Source of the DNA: Chlamydiota bacterium
Lineage (GTDB): Bacteria > Auribacterota > Tritonobacteria > UBA1439
Direction: 5' to 3'
DNA: 17,897 nucleotides
Assembly (NCBI GenBank): GCA_037133055.1
Contig: JBAXOY010000062.1
Span: forward strand, 1 to 17,897
The notes below the pieces were generated by a model. It ran no database searches. It was not told the origin of the DNA and was given only the letters and a program-made list of their open reading frames with translations. Numbering within the stretch: the stretch's first letter is position 1; each line of letters starts with the position of its first letter. The position numbers and the translations under genes are program-made. Shown here one piece after another: positions 1 to 6,646 of the stretch.

Positions 1-25
1 CGATGCTAACGCGTCAGGGAGGTAG

Positions 26-55
26 TTGCCTATCATATTATCAGACCTCTACTAT
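26..55 (+). promoter_or_regulatory. Putative sigma70 promoter (TTGCCT-18-TACTAT) for the DUF2062 gene, probably leaderless
   Basis: TTGCCT at 26-31 and TACTAT at 50-55; ATG at 61 follows 5 nt after the -10, with no Shine-Dalgarno. Confidence 0.35.
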
Positions 56-60
56 TGACT

Positions 61-537
61 ATGAGCACGCTTCGCGGGAAATGCGCGGCGCTCCTGAACG
101 CCCACTCGTCCAATCACGAGATCGCCCTCGGCCTCGCCGTCGGCGTGTGCGTGAGCTTTTTCCCGGTGTATGGGCCGCAGATACCGGCCTGCCTGGCCCT
201 CGTGCTGGTATTCAGAAACCTGAACAAGGTCGCCGTGCTGCTCGGCGTCCAGTTCTCGTGGCTGTATCCGGTGGTGGTCTACCTCGACTACCGGGCGGGG
301 CGGCTCCTGATACCGGGAGACTATTCATCGGTGTCCCTTCCCCCGCTCGCGGAGATACGCGCGCGCGGCATCGGCTTCCTGTGCGCCCGCCTGGCGACCA
401 TGGTGAAGGAGCTCTTCCCGATGATGCTCGCGGGCAGCGTGCTCGCGGGGGCGGCGGCGGGGATGCTGACGTACCTGCTCGCGCGGTGGCTGCTCGGGGC
501 GTTCAGAAAAAGACCCGTGAACGTAGACGCAGGGTGA
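61..537 (+). CDS. DUF2062 family membrane protein
   Basis: S-x-H-E-I-A-L-G-L-A-V-G-V-x-x-S-F-F-P pattern, R-x-L-N-K motif and hydrophobic C-terminal helix (GSVLAG) typical of DUF2062; host-like codon usage. Confidence 0.8.
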   Translation: MSTLRGKCAALLNAHSSNHEIALGLAVGVCVSFFPVYGPQIPACLALVLVFRNLNKVAVLLGVQFSWLYPVVVYLDYRAGRLLIPGDYSSVSLPPLAEIRARGIGFLCARLATMVKELFPMMLAGSVLAGAAAGMLTYLLARWLLGAFRKRPVNVDAG

Positions 538-554
538 AAGAGGAGGAGAGTGGG

Positions 555-2216
555 ATGAAACAATGCACCCGTCTCGTACTGGGGATGGCGCTTGTCGCCC
601 TCCCCTCATTTCTCGCGGCCGCGGCGGAGAAATCCCCCCCGGTGAAGTCGGACATCACGGCCGTCACGGTGTACACGGACCGGGCGCTGGTGACGCGCCG
701 GGCGGAGCTGAAGCTCGAGGCCGGGCAGCAGCCGGCGGTCTTCGCCGGACTGCCGGCGGGGCTCGTCGAAAGCTCGCTGCGCGCGGGGGGAAGGGGATCG
801 GCGAGGGTGGCGATACTGGGGACGGAGATGGAGCCCGAGTACCTCACCGAGGCGAAGGACGCGCGCGTGAAGGAGCTCGAGAAGGAGATCGAGGGCCTCG
901 AAGACAAGGCGCGCGGCATCGAGGACAGCGGGAAGGCGGTGGAGCTCCAGATGAAGTTCGTCGAGTCGATCAAGTCCTCGATGGCGGAGGGGATCTCGAA
1001 GGAGATGCTCCTGAAGCCGCCGACCCCCGCCGAGTGGGGCAAGGTGGTCGCGTACCTCGGCTCCGAGAGCGACGCGCTCGCCCCGCGTCTCCGGGAGACG
1101 CAGCGGAAGAGCCGCGACGTGAAGAAGGAGATCGACGCGGCGAAGAAGAAGCTCGAACGGATCGTCTCTGAATCGCCGAAGGAGCAGAAGAACGTCCGGG
1201 TGACGCTCGACGCGGCGCAGGGGGGCGACTTTACGCTGGAGCTCACCTACATGGTGTACGGGGCGGGCTGGCAGCCGCTCTACGACGCGCGGGCGGAGCG
1301 CGAGTCGGGGAAGGCGGAGCTCACTTACTGCGGGCAGGTCCGGCAGAACACGGGCGAGGACTGGAGCGACGTGACGCTCGAACTCTCGACCGCCCGGCCC
1401 TCCGTGAGCGGCCGTCCGCCCGATCTCGATCCGTGGTACATCGAATTCGAGAGGCCCAGGGTGATGGCCAACAAGATGATGCGCATGGCCGCCGCGCCGA
1501 TGGCCGAGAAGGCGGATCTTTTGCAGGCATCCGAACAAGGCAGGGGCGGGGCGGAGGCCGAGGTCGCCACCGCAGAGGTCGGGCGCCGCGGCGAAGCGGT
1601 CACCTTCACCGTGAAGCGGAAGGAGACGGTGCCGAGCGACAACAACCCGCACAAGACCGTGGTCGCGACGTTCCCGCTCAAGGCCGAGTACGAGTATTTC
1701 ACCGTGCCGAAGCTCGCCGAGTTCGCCTACCTGATGGCGAACGTGAAGAACGAGACCGGCTTCCCGCTCCTCGCGGGCGAGGTGCAGGTCTTCCTCGGGC
1801 CCGAGTTCGTCGGGACCTCGTCGATGGAGCACGTGGCGAACGGCGAGACGTTCCACCTCTACCTCGGCATCGACGAGGGGATCCGCGTGAAGCGGAAGCT
1901 CCTCTCGGCGGAGGCGGAGAAGGGGCTGGTGCGCCGCCGGACGGGCTTCAGGAGCTACCGCTACCGGATCGAACTCGAGAACCTCAAGGAGAAGAAGGAG
2001 ACGGTCACCGTCCTCGACCAGGAGCCGGTCTCGAAATCCCCCGACATCGCCGTGGCGCTCGGCTCCGCGACGCCCGAGCCGGTGAAGATCGAGGAGCGGG
2101 AGAAGCCGGGGACGCTCGCGTGGAAGCTCGACCTCGAGCCGAAGGAGAAGAAGACGATCGAGTTCGAGTTTACGGTCCAGTACCCGAAAGACCGCAAGAT
2201 CGAGGGGCTGGAATAA
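555..2216 (+). CDS. Exported DUF4140/DUF4139 protein (MuiA / TIGR02231-like)
   Basis: AGGAGGAG RBS before ATG 555; signal peptide; motifs ITAVTVYTDRALVTR, coiled coil, AGWQPLYDAR, VRQNTGEDWSDVTLELSTARP, LYLGIDEGIRVKR. Confidence 0.9.
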   Translation: MKQCTRLVLGMALVALPSFLAAAAEKSPPVKSDITAVTVYTDRALVTRRAELKLEAGQQPAVFAGLPAGLVESSLRAGGRGSARVAILGTEMEPEYLTEAKDARVKELEKEIEGLEDKARGIEDSGKAVELQMKFVESIKSSMAEGISKEMLLKPPTPAEWGKVVAYLGSESDALAPRLRETQRKSRDVKKEIDAAKKKLERIVSESPKEQKNVRVTLDAAQGGDFTLELTYMVYGAGWQPLYDARAERESGKAELTYCGQVRQNTGEDWSDVTLELSTARPSVSGRPPDLDPWYIEFERPRVMANKMMRMAAAPMAEKADLLQASEQGRGGAEAEVATAEVGRRGEAVTFTVKRKETVPSDNNPHKTVVATFPLKAEYEYFTVPKLAEFAYLMANVKNETGFPLLAGEVQVFLGPEFVGTSSMEHVANGETFHLYLGIDEGIRVKRKLLSAEAEKGLVRRRTGFRSYRYRIELENLKEKKETVTVLDQEPVSKSPDIAVALGSATPEPVKIEEREKPGTLAWKLDLEPKEKKTIEFEFTVQYPKDRKIEGLE

Positions 2217-2228
2217 AGGGAGGTGAAG

Positions 2229-2927
2229 ATGAACAAGGCAGGGGTGGAGATGGTGCTGATCGAGCCGGGGGAGTTCATGATGGGGAGCCCGGAGACGGAG
2301 AAGGAGAGATCGAGCGACGAAGGCCCCTGGCACAAGGTGAAGATCACGAAGCCGTATTATCTCGGTAAATACGAAGTGACACAGGCGCAGTACGAGGCAG
2401 TGATGGGAAATAACCCGAGCTATTTCAAGGGAGAGAATAACCCCGTGGAGAGAGTTTCCTGGAACGATGCGAAGGCATTCTGCGGCAAAATCGGATGCCG
2501 TCTGCCGACGGAGGCGGAGTGGGAGTACGCCTGCCGGGCGGGGACGACGACGCCGTTCTCATTTGGGGAGACCATCTCGACGGATCAGGCGAACTACGAC
2601 GGTAACTACACCGTGATCAAGGGGGTGTATGGGGTGTATCGGCAAAAGACTATGCCCGTGGGGAGTTTTCAGCCGAATGCCTGGGGTCTGTACGACATGC
2701 ACGGGAACGTGTGGGAGTGGTGCGAGGATGTGTGTCACGACAGCTACGCGGGTGCGCCGACGGATGGGAGCGCATGGACTACGGGGGGGCTCTATCAGGA
2801 GTGGGGAATCCTTCGCGGGGGCTCCTGGGTCAGCCCTCCCCATCTCCTGCGTTCGGCGAACCGCGACGGGATCGTTCCCGGGCTCAGTTACGACAGGCCC
2901 GGGTTTCGTGCCGCCTGGACTCCATAA
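2229..2927 (+). CDS. FGE-sulfatase (SUMF1/CLec-fold) domain protein; probable DGR target gene
   Basis: PGEFMMGS, KYEVTQAQY, PVERVSWNDA, RLPTEAEWEYACRAG, PNAWGLYDMHGNVWEWC, RGGSW...RSANR...GFR; GGAGGT RBS before ATG 2229 (GTG 2223 is an alternative); immediately upstream of avd. Confidence 0.92.
   Translation: MNKAGVEMVLIEPGEFMMGSPETEKERSSDEGPWHKVKITKPYYLGKYEVTQAQYEAVMGNNPSYFKGENNPVERVSWNDAKAFCGKIGCRLPTEAEWEYACRAGTTTPFSFGETISTDQANYDGNYTVIKGVYGVYRQKTMPVGSFQPNAWGLYDMHGNVWEWCEDVCHDSYAGAPTDGSAWTTGGLYQEWGILRGGSWVSPPHLLRSANRDGIVPGLSYDRPGFRAAWTP
2802..2927 (+). other. Putative DGR variable region (VR) and IMH at the 3' end of the target gene
   Basis: RGGSW-VSPPHL-LRSANR-DGIVPGLSYDRP-GFR occupies the canonical CLec VR position; codons at the usual Asn positions are nearly all NNY; boundaries approximate because no TR is available. 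Confidence 0.6.
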
Positions 2928-2930
2928 AAG

Positions 2931-2972
2931 TTACCCTTTGCTCTTTTACGCTTTTACCCTTTGCGGTTTTTT
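2931..2972 (+). repeat. Pyrimidine-rich ~8-nt-period imperfect tandem repeat after the VR
   Basis: TTACCCTT TGCTCTTT TACGCTTT TACCCTTT GCGGTTTT; TTACCCTTTGC occurs at 2931-2941 and 2954-2964. Confidence 0.7.
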
Positions 2973-2987
2973 GAAAGGCACGAGCAC

Positions 2988-3344
2988 ATGAGCATTGAAA
3001 AACCGGGCGGCGTGATGGAGATCGAGGTCATCACGCGGATGTACGACTTCCTGCTCTGGCTCCTGCCCCACGTGGAGAAGTTCCCGCGTTCGCACAAGTT
3101 CACGATGGGCGACAGGATCGAGAACGCGGGTCTTGATGTGCTGGATCTTCTCCTCGATGCGAAATACAGGTCGCTGAAAGTCGATGTGCTCAGGAGAGCG
3201 AACCTGAAACTCGAGCAGTTGCGGTTTCTTCTCAGGTTGAGCAAGGACCTGCGCATGCTGAACGTGAAATCCTACCTTCACGGGTGCCGCCTTTTGAACG
3301 AGGTGGGAAAACAGGTCGGCGGGTGGATAAAGAGCGCGAAATGA
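2988..3344 (+). CDS. avd: DGR accessory variability determinant Avd (four-helix bundle)
   Basis: YDFLLWLLPHVEKFPRSHKFTMGDRI ... ANLKLEQLRFLLRLSKDL ... EVGKQVGGWIK is the characteristic bAvd-like pattern; basic 118-aa protein (start could be 3015). Confidence 0.9.
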   Translation: MSIEKPGGVMEIEVITRMYDFLLWLLPHVEKFPRSHKFTMGDRIENAGLDVLDLLLDAKYRSLKVDVLRRANLKLEQLRFLLRLSKDLRMLNVKSYLHGCRLLNEVGKQVGGWIKSAK

Positions 3345-3412
3345 AAAGATTCGGCGGTCTCTTCGACAAGGTCATCAGTTTCAGTTTTTTGATTTTTTTA
3401 CGACATGCGTAA
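3341..3412 (+). pseudogene. N-terminal remnant of a DGR reverse transcriptase
   Basis: ATGA overlap with the avd stop; reads MKRFGGLFDKVISF, resembling the typical DGR RT start (MKR-x-GNLF-x-KI-x-SFENL), then runs into a T-rich tract and TAA at 3410-3412. Confidence 0.7.
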
Positions 3413-3435
3413 GGCGGAGTAAAGACCTCCATATC

Positions 3436-3462
3436 CTCTGTGGGCTCTGTGCCCTCTGTGGC
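3436..3462. repeat. 9-nt-period repeat (CTCTGTGNN x3)
   Basis: CTCTGTG at 3436, 3445 and 3454. Confidence 0.75.
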
Positions 3463-3495
3463 GACAATGTACGTTTCATTTTAAGGGATAACACA

Positions 3496-4842
3496 ATGAT
3501 CGTGATGAAGTTCGGCGGCACCTCGGTGGGGGGCGCCGGGGCGATGCGGCGGGTGCGCCGGATCGTGGCGGACCGCCTTGCGCTCCGCCCCGTCGTGGTG
3601 GTGTCGGCGGTGGGCGGGATCACCAACCTTCTCCTCGAGAACGCCCAGCGCTCGCGCGAGCGCTCCCGCGAGGGGATACGGCTCCTCGAGAAGTTCTGCG
3701 CCGTCCACGACGGGATTATCCGCGAGCTCGACCTGCCGGCGGGGCTGGCGGAGGAGGGGTTCGTCCAGCTCAGGGAGCCGCTCCCCGGCGTCTACTATTT
3801 GGGCGACCTGACCTCGCGGGCGCTCGCCTATGTCGCAAGCTTCGGCGAGCGGGTTTCGGCGAAGATCGTGAGCGCCCTGTTCAACGCGGCGTGGATCCCC
3901 AGCCGCCCCTATACGGGCGCGGAGGCGGGGATCGTCACCATCGACGAGCACGGCAACGCGAGCCCGCTCCCGTCGACCTACGCCTTGATACGGAGGCGGC
4001 TCAGGGGCGTGAAGAAGCTCCCTGTGGTGACCGGCTTCATCGCCAGGAACGCGCGCGGCGAGATCACCACGCTCGGGCGCGGCGGGAGCGATTTCACCGC
4101 CGCGATCATCGGGCGCGGGGTGGGCGCGCGGGAGATACAGATCTGGACCGACGTGACCGGCATCATGACCGCCGACCCGCGCGTGGTAAAAGCGGCGCGG
4201 ACGATCCCGAAGCTCGGCTTCACCGAGGCGGCCGAGCTCGCCTACTTCGGGGCGAAGGTGCTGCACCCCCGGACGATCGAGCCGGCGGTCGAAAAGGACA
4301 TACCGGTCAGGATCCTCAACACCTTCGATCCGGACGCCGCGGGGTCGCTCGTGGTGCGCCAGGCGCCGCGGCCGCGGAACGCGATCCGCGCCATCGCCTG
4401 CAAGAAGCGCAACACCCTCTTCACCCTGCGCTCCACCCGGATGCTCGACGCGCACGGCTACCTCGCCCGGATTTTCGAGGTGTTCAAGCACTACGCCGTT
4501 CCCGTGGACCTGATCGCCACCTCGGAGGTCAGCGTCTCCGTGACGGTGGACGCGGTCGCCGCGCCGAAGCTCAAGGGGATCATCGCGGACCTCGGGCGGA
4601 TCTGCACCGCCCGCATCTACGAGAACAGGGCCATCGTCTGCCTCGTCGGGGAGGGGATCGGCGACACCCCGAACATCGCGGGGAAGATATTCAGCGCCGT
4701 CGGGCGGGCGGGGGTGAACGTCGAGATGATCTCGCAGGCGAGCTCGGCCCTGAACATAAGCTTTCTCGTGAAGGACGAGGACGCCGACGGGACGGTGCGG
4801 CTCCTGCACCGCGAGTTTTTGGAGAAGGGGCGGGGGGGATGA
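3496..4842 (+). CDS. lysC: Aspartate kinase (monofunctional, two C-terminal ACT domains)
   Basis: MKFGGTSV, VVVSA, SFGE, TTLGRGGSD, IWTDVTGIMTADPR, EAAELAYFGAKVLHP, VDLIATSEVSVS, NVEMISQ. Confidence 0.96.
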   Translation: MIVMKFGGTSVGGAGAMRRVRRIVADRLALRPVVVVSAVGGITNLLLENAQRSRERSREGIRLLEKFCAVHDGIIRELDLPAGLAEEGFVQLREPLPGVYYLGDLTSRALAYVASFGERVSAKIVSALFNAAWIPSRPYTGAEAGIVTIDEHGNASPLPSTYALIRRRLRGVKKLPVVTGFIARNARGEITTLGRGGSDFTAAIIGRGVGAREIQIWTDVTGIMTADPRVVKAARTIPKLGFTEAAELAYFGAKVLHPRTIEPAVEKDIPVRILNTFDPDAAGSLVVRQAPRPRNAIRAIACKKRNTLFTLRSTRMLDAHGYLARIFEVFKHYAVPVDLIATSEVSVSVTVDAVAAPKLKGIIADLGRICTARIYENRAIVCLVGEGIGDTPNIAGKIFSAVGRAGVNVEMISQASSALNISFLVKDEDADGTVRLLHREFLEKGRGG

Positions 4843-5453
4843 TCGTCCGCGTCGGGTCCATGAACCGGGTGAAGCGCTCCGCGGCGGAGGAGGTCTGCCG
4901 GGAGATATTCGGTGCGGTGACGGTCGTCTGCTGCAGTGCGGACCCCGGCGTTTCCGCGACCCCGCGCACGGACGAGGAGATGATCACGGGCGCCCTCGCG
5001 CGCGCGCGGCAGGCGTTCGCGCTCGGCGGAGCGGACCTCGGCGTCGGCCTCGAGGGGGGCGTGACGCCCTCTCCGCACGGCCCGCTCCTGAAGGGCTGGG
5101 CCGCGGTGTGCGACGGGACCCGCGAGTCCATCGGCGCGACCCCGTCGGTTCCGTTCCCCGCGCATCTCCTCGAGAGGGTGGGGGAGGGGGGCGAGCTTGC
5201 GCGCGTGATGGACGAGGTGAGCGGGCGAAAGGGCGTGCGCGAGAACGAGGGTGCGTTCGGCATCCTCACCCGCAACCGCATCACCCGGACGGAGAGCTTC
5301 AAGCTCGCGCTGGTGTGCGCCCTCGCGCCGATCGTCAATCGGGAGATGTACTCGGGCCCCGGCCGCGGGGGGACTGAAGTCCCCCCTACTGATAAGGGAA
5401 TCACCGATCGTGAACCGGGAGATCTATTCCGGCGGATGATGGAGGGGGCCTGA
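4839..5453 (+). CDS. yjjX: Inosine/xanthosine triphosphatase (YjjX / DUF84 family) with an extended C-terminal tail
   Basis: ATGA overlap with lysC; GSMNRVK, GVSATP...E...GA..RA, DLGVGLEGG, ELARVMD, GAFGILT...TR motifs. Confidence 0.85.
   Translation: MIVRVGSMNRVKRSAAEEVCREIFGAVTVVCCSADPGVSATPRTDEEMITGALARARQAFALGGADLGVGLEGGVTPSPHGPLLKGWAAVCDGTRESIGATPSVPFPAHLLERVGEGGELARVMDEVSGRKGVRENEGAFGILTRNRITRTESFKLALVCALAPIVNREMYSGPGRGGTEVPPTDKGITDREPGDLFRRMMEGA
5328..5433 (+). repeat. Imperfect 30-bp direct repeat of the yjjX 3' end (5328-5357 and 5404-5433)
   Basis: CCGATCGTCAATCGGGAGATGTACTCGGGC vs CCGATCGTGAACCGGGAGATCTATTCCGGC; 25/30 identical, all differences at third codon positions. Confidence 0.85.
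5367..5389 (-). repeat. GTAG-type REP-like palindrome
   Basis: Minus strand reads GTAG-GGGGGACT-TC-AGTCCCCCC: a GTAG tetranucleotide followed by a perfect hairpin. Confidence 0.6.
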
Positions 5454-5457
5454 TCGT

Positions 5458-6030
5458 ATGAGTAATCGATTGTGGTGGATGAGCACGTTTGTCCTGTGGT
5501 TGATATGGCCGCTCTCCCTTCCCGCTGCAACAGGTGTGCCCGGTGCAACTTCTCACGCATGGAAACCTGCATGGCTCTCCGCCATTGAAGTCCCCGCCGA
5601 TACCGGGGAGTTGCGTGTGAATGAGGAGAACGGGAAAATAACTTCGGTGGAGGTCGAGGGTTCGCCGCTCAAAGGAGAGTTCACACGCCTTAACGGTTTC
5701 CATGCGATCACGCTAAAACGTCAATCCGGCGAGAAATTTACCTGCAGTGGCTGGATATATATAGGTATTTCAGATCCTCTCGGAACGCTGGATTGGGCTT
5801 TTGCAATAGATGACGTGACGAGTATGCCGAAGTGGGTTAAGGATGCGGCTCGCGAATGTAACAAGGCTGATGGCGGAAACATGTTCCTCCAGAAAGGAAG
5901 GGACTTTCACTCCGGCGGTGACGCGAAGCCATTCACCGGCGAGGAGTTCAGCTCGGGATGGCGATTGTTTCTTGTAGGGAAGATGGTTAAGGTCAAAGGG
6001 CGCTGGGAGTTCCAACTCACACCGCGATAG
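5458..6030 (+). CDS. Hypothetical exported protein
   Basis: 190-aa ORF with GGAGG RBS and a hydrophobic N-terminal signal-like segment; visibly AT-richer codon usage than the flanks; no family recognised. Confidence 0.6.
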   Translation: MSNRLWWMSTFVLWLIWPLSLPAATGVPGATSHAWKPAWLSAIEVPADTGELRVNEENGKITSVEVEGSPLKGEFTRLNGFHAITLKRQSGEKFTCSGWIYIGISDPLGTLDWAFAIDDVTSMPKWVKDAARECNKADGGNMFLQKGRDFHSGGDAKPFTGEEFSSGWRLFLVGKMVKVKGRWEFQLTPR

Positions 6031-6064
6031 GATGATGAACGGGGATGGGAATCGCATCCTGTAA

Positions 6065-6073
6065 TGGTATACT
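6065..6073 (+). promoter_or_regulatory. Extended -10 promoter (TGnTATACT) of hicBA
   Basis: TGGTATACT about 20 nt upstream of the hicB ATG, followed by a GGAGGTGAGG RBS. Confidence 0.6.
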
Positions 6074-6093
6074 AGTAATCGGAGGTGAGGATC

Positions 6094-6300
6094 ATGAGGG
6101 AAGTCATGATTTATCGCGGCGAAGACGGGTTTTGGGTGGCCGAATGCCCCAGCCTTCCCGGCTGTATCAGCCAGGGATCGACAAAAGAAGAGACGATTGC
6201 AAACATTAAAGAGGCGATCGAAGGGTATGTCGGGGCATTGAAAGAGGATAACCTGCCCATTCCTCCTGAAAATTTCGAGGCATTCGTGGTAGCGGTATGA
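6094..6300 (+). CDS. hicB: HicB family antitoxin (short form, no DNA-binding domain)
   Basis: EDGFWVAECPSLPGCISQGSTKEETIANIKEAIEGY; overlaps hicA (ATGA); GTG 6085 is an alternative start. Confidence 0.92.
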   Translation: MREVMIYRGEDGFWVAECPSLPGCISQGSTKEETIANIKEAIEGYVGALKEDNLPIPPENFEAFVVAV

Positions 6301-6518
6301 CCCAGCTCCCCAGGATCTCCGGCGCCGAGTGCGTCAAGGCTCTGTGTAAAGCGGGGTTTTATTTCAAGCGTCAGCACGGAAGCCACATTATCCTTCGCAG
6401 AGATAATCCTTTCGCTCAACTCGTTGTGCCGAATCATAAAGAACTGGACCGGGGAACACTCAGGGCAATAATCCGTCAGGCCGATCTGTCTCTCGATCAA
6501 TTTATCCGGCTGCTGTAA
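6297..6518 (+). CDS. hicA: HicA family toxin (dsRBD-like mRNA interferase)
   Basis: KAL-x-KAGF...RQHGSH, VVPNHKEL..GTLRAIIRQA. Confidence 0.93.
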   Translation: MTQLPRISGAECVKALCKAGFYFKRQHGSHIILRRDNPFAQLVVPNHKELDRGTLRAIIRQADLSLDQFIRLL

Positions 6519-6549
6519 CCGTTTCTCAAGATGAAACATCTCTTACACC

Positions 6550-6589
6550 CACACACGCCGATACGCCCATGCGCCCACACGCCGACACA
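6550..6589. repeat. 8-nt-period imperfect tandem repeat
   Basis: CACACACG CCGATACG CCCATGCG CCCACACG CCGACACA. Confidence 0.7.
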
Positions 6590-6646
6590 TGCGGCATGCA
6601 CCCGTGATGCGGAATCCAGAATCACATTCGTAAAGGACCAGGAACC

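Noticed and set aside
3..554. N-terminal extension of the 737-aa ORF
   Set aside because: Overlaps the DUF2062 gene in another frame; RBS and signal peptide point to ATG 555
606..2333. Long antisense ORFs here and at 3481-4809, 6497-8011, 12472-13419, 14597-15841 and 8952-10595 (+, alternate frame)
   Set aside because: Shadow ORFs typical of high-GC DNA, with Arg/Pro/Gly-rich low-information translations overlapping well-supported genes
2622..2639. GGGGTGTAT x2 in the target gene as a second variable region
   Set aside because: A simple in-frame 9-nt duplication with no supporting template
2229..2927. True formylglycine-generating enzyme
   Set aside because: Lacks the catalytic Cys pair after RGGS; no sulfatase nearby; avd adjacency fits a CLec target better
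3413..3495. Lysine riboswitch or attenuator before lysC
   Set aside because: Gap too short and no recognisable aptamer or leader peptide
3891..4838. N-terminal part of the 520-aa ORF
   Set aside because: Out-of-frame shadow of lysC; YjjX similarity begins only at ATG 4839
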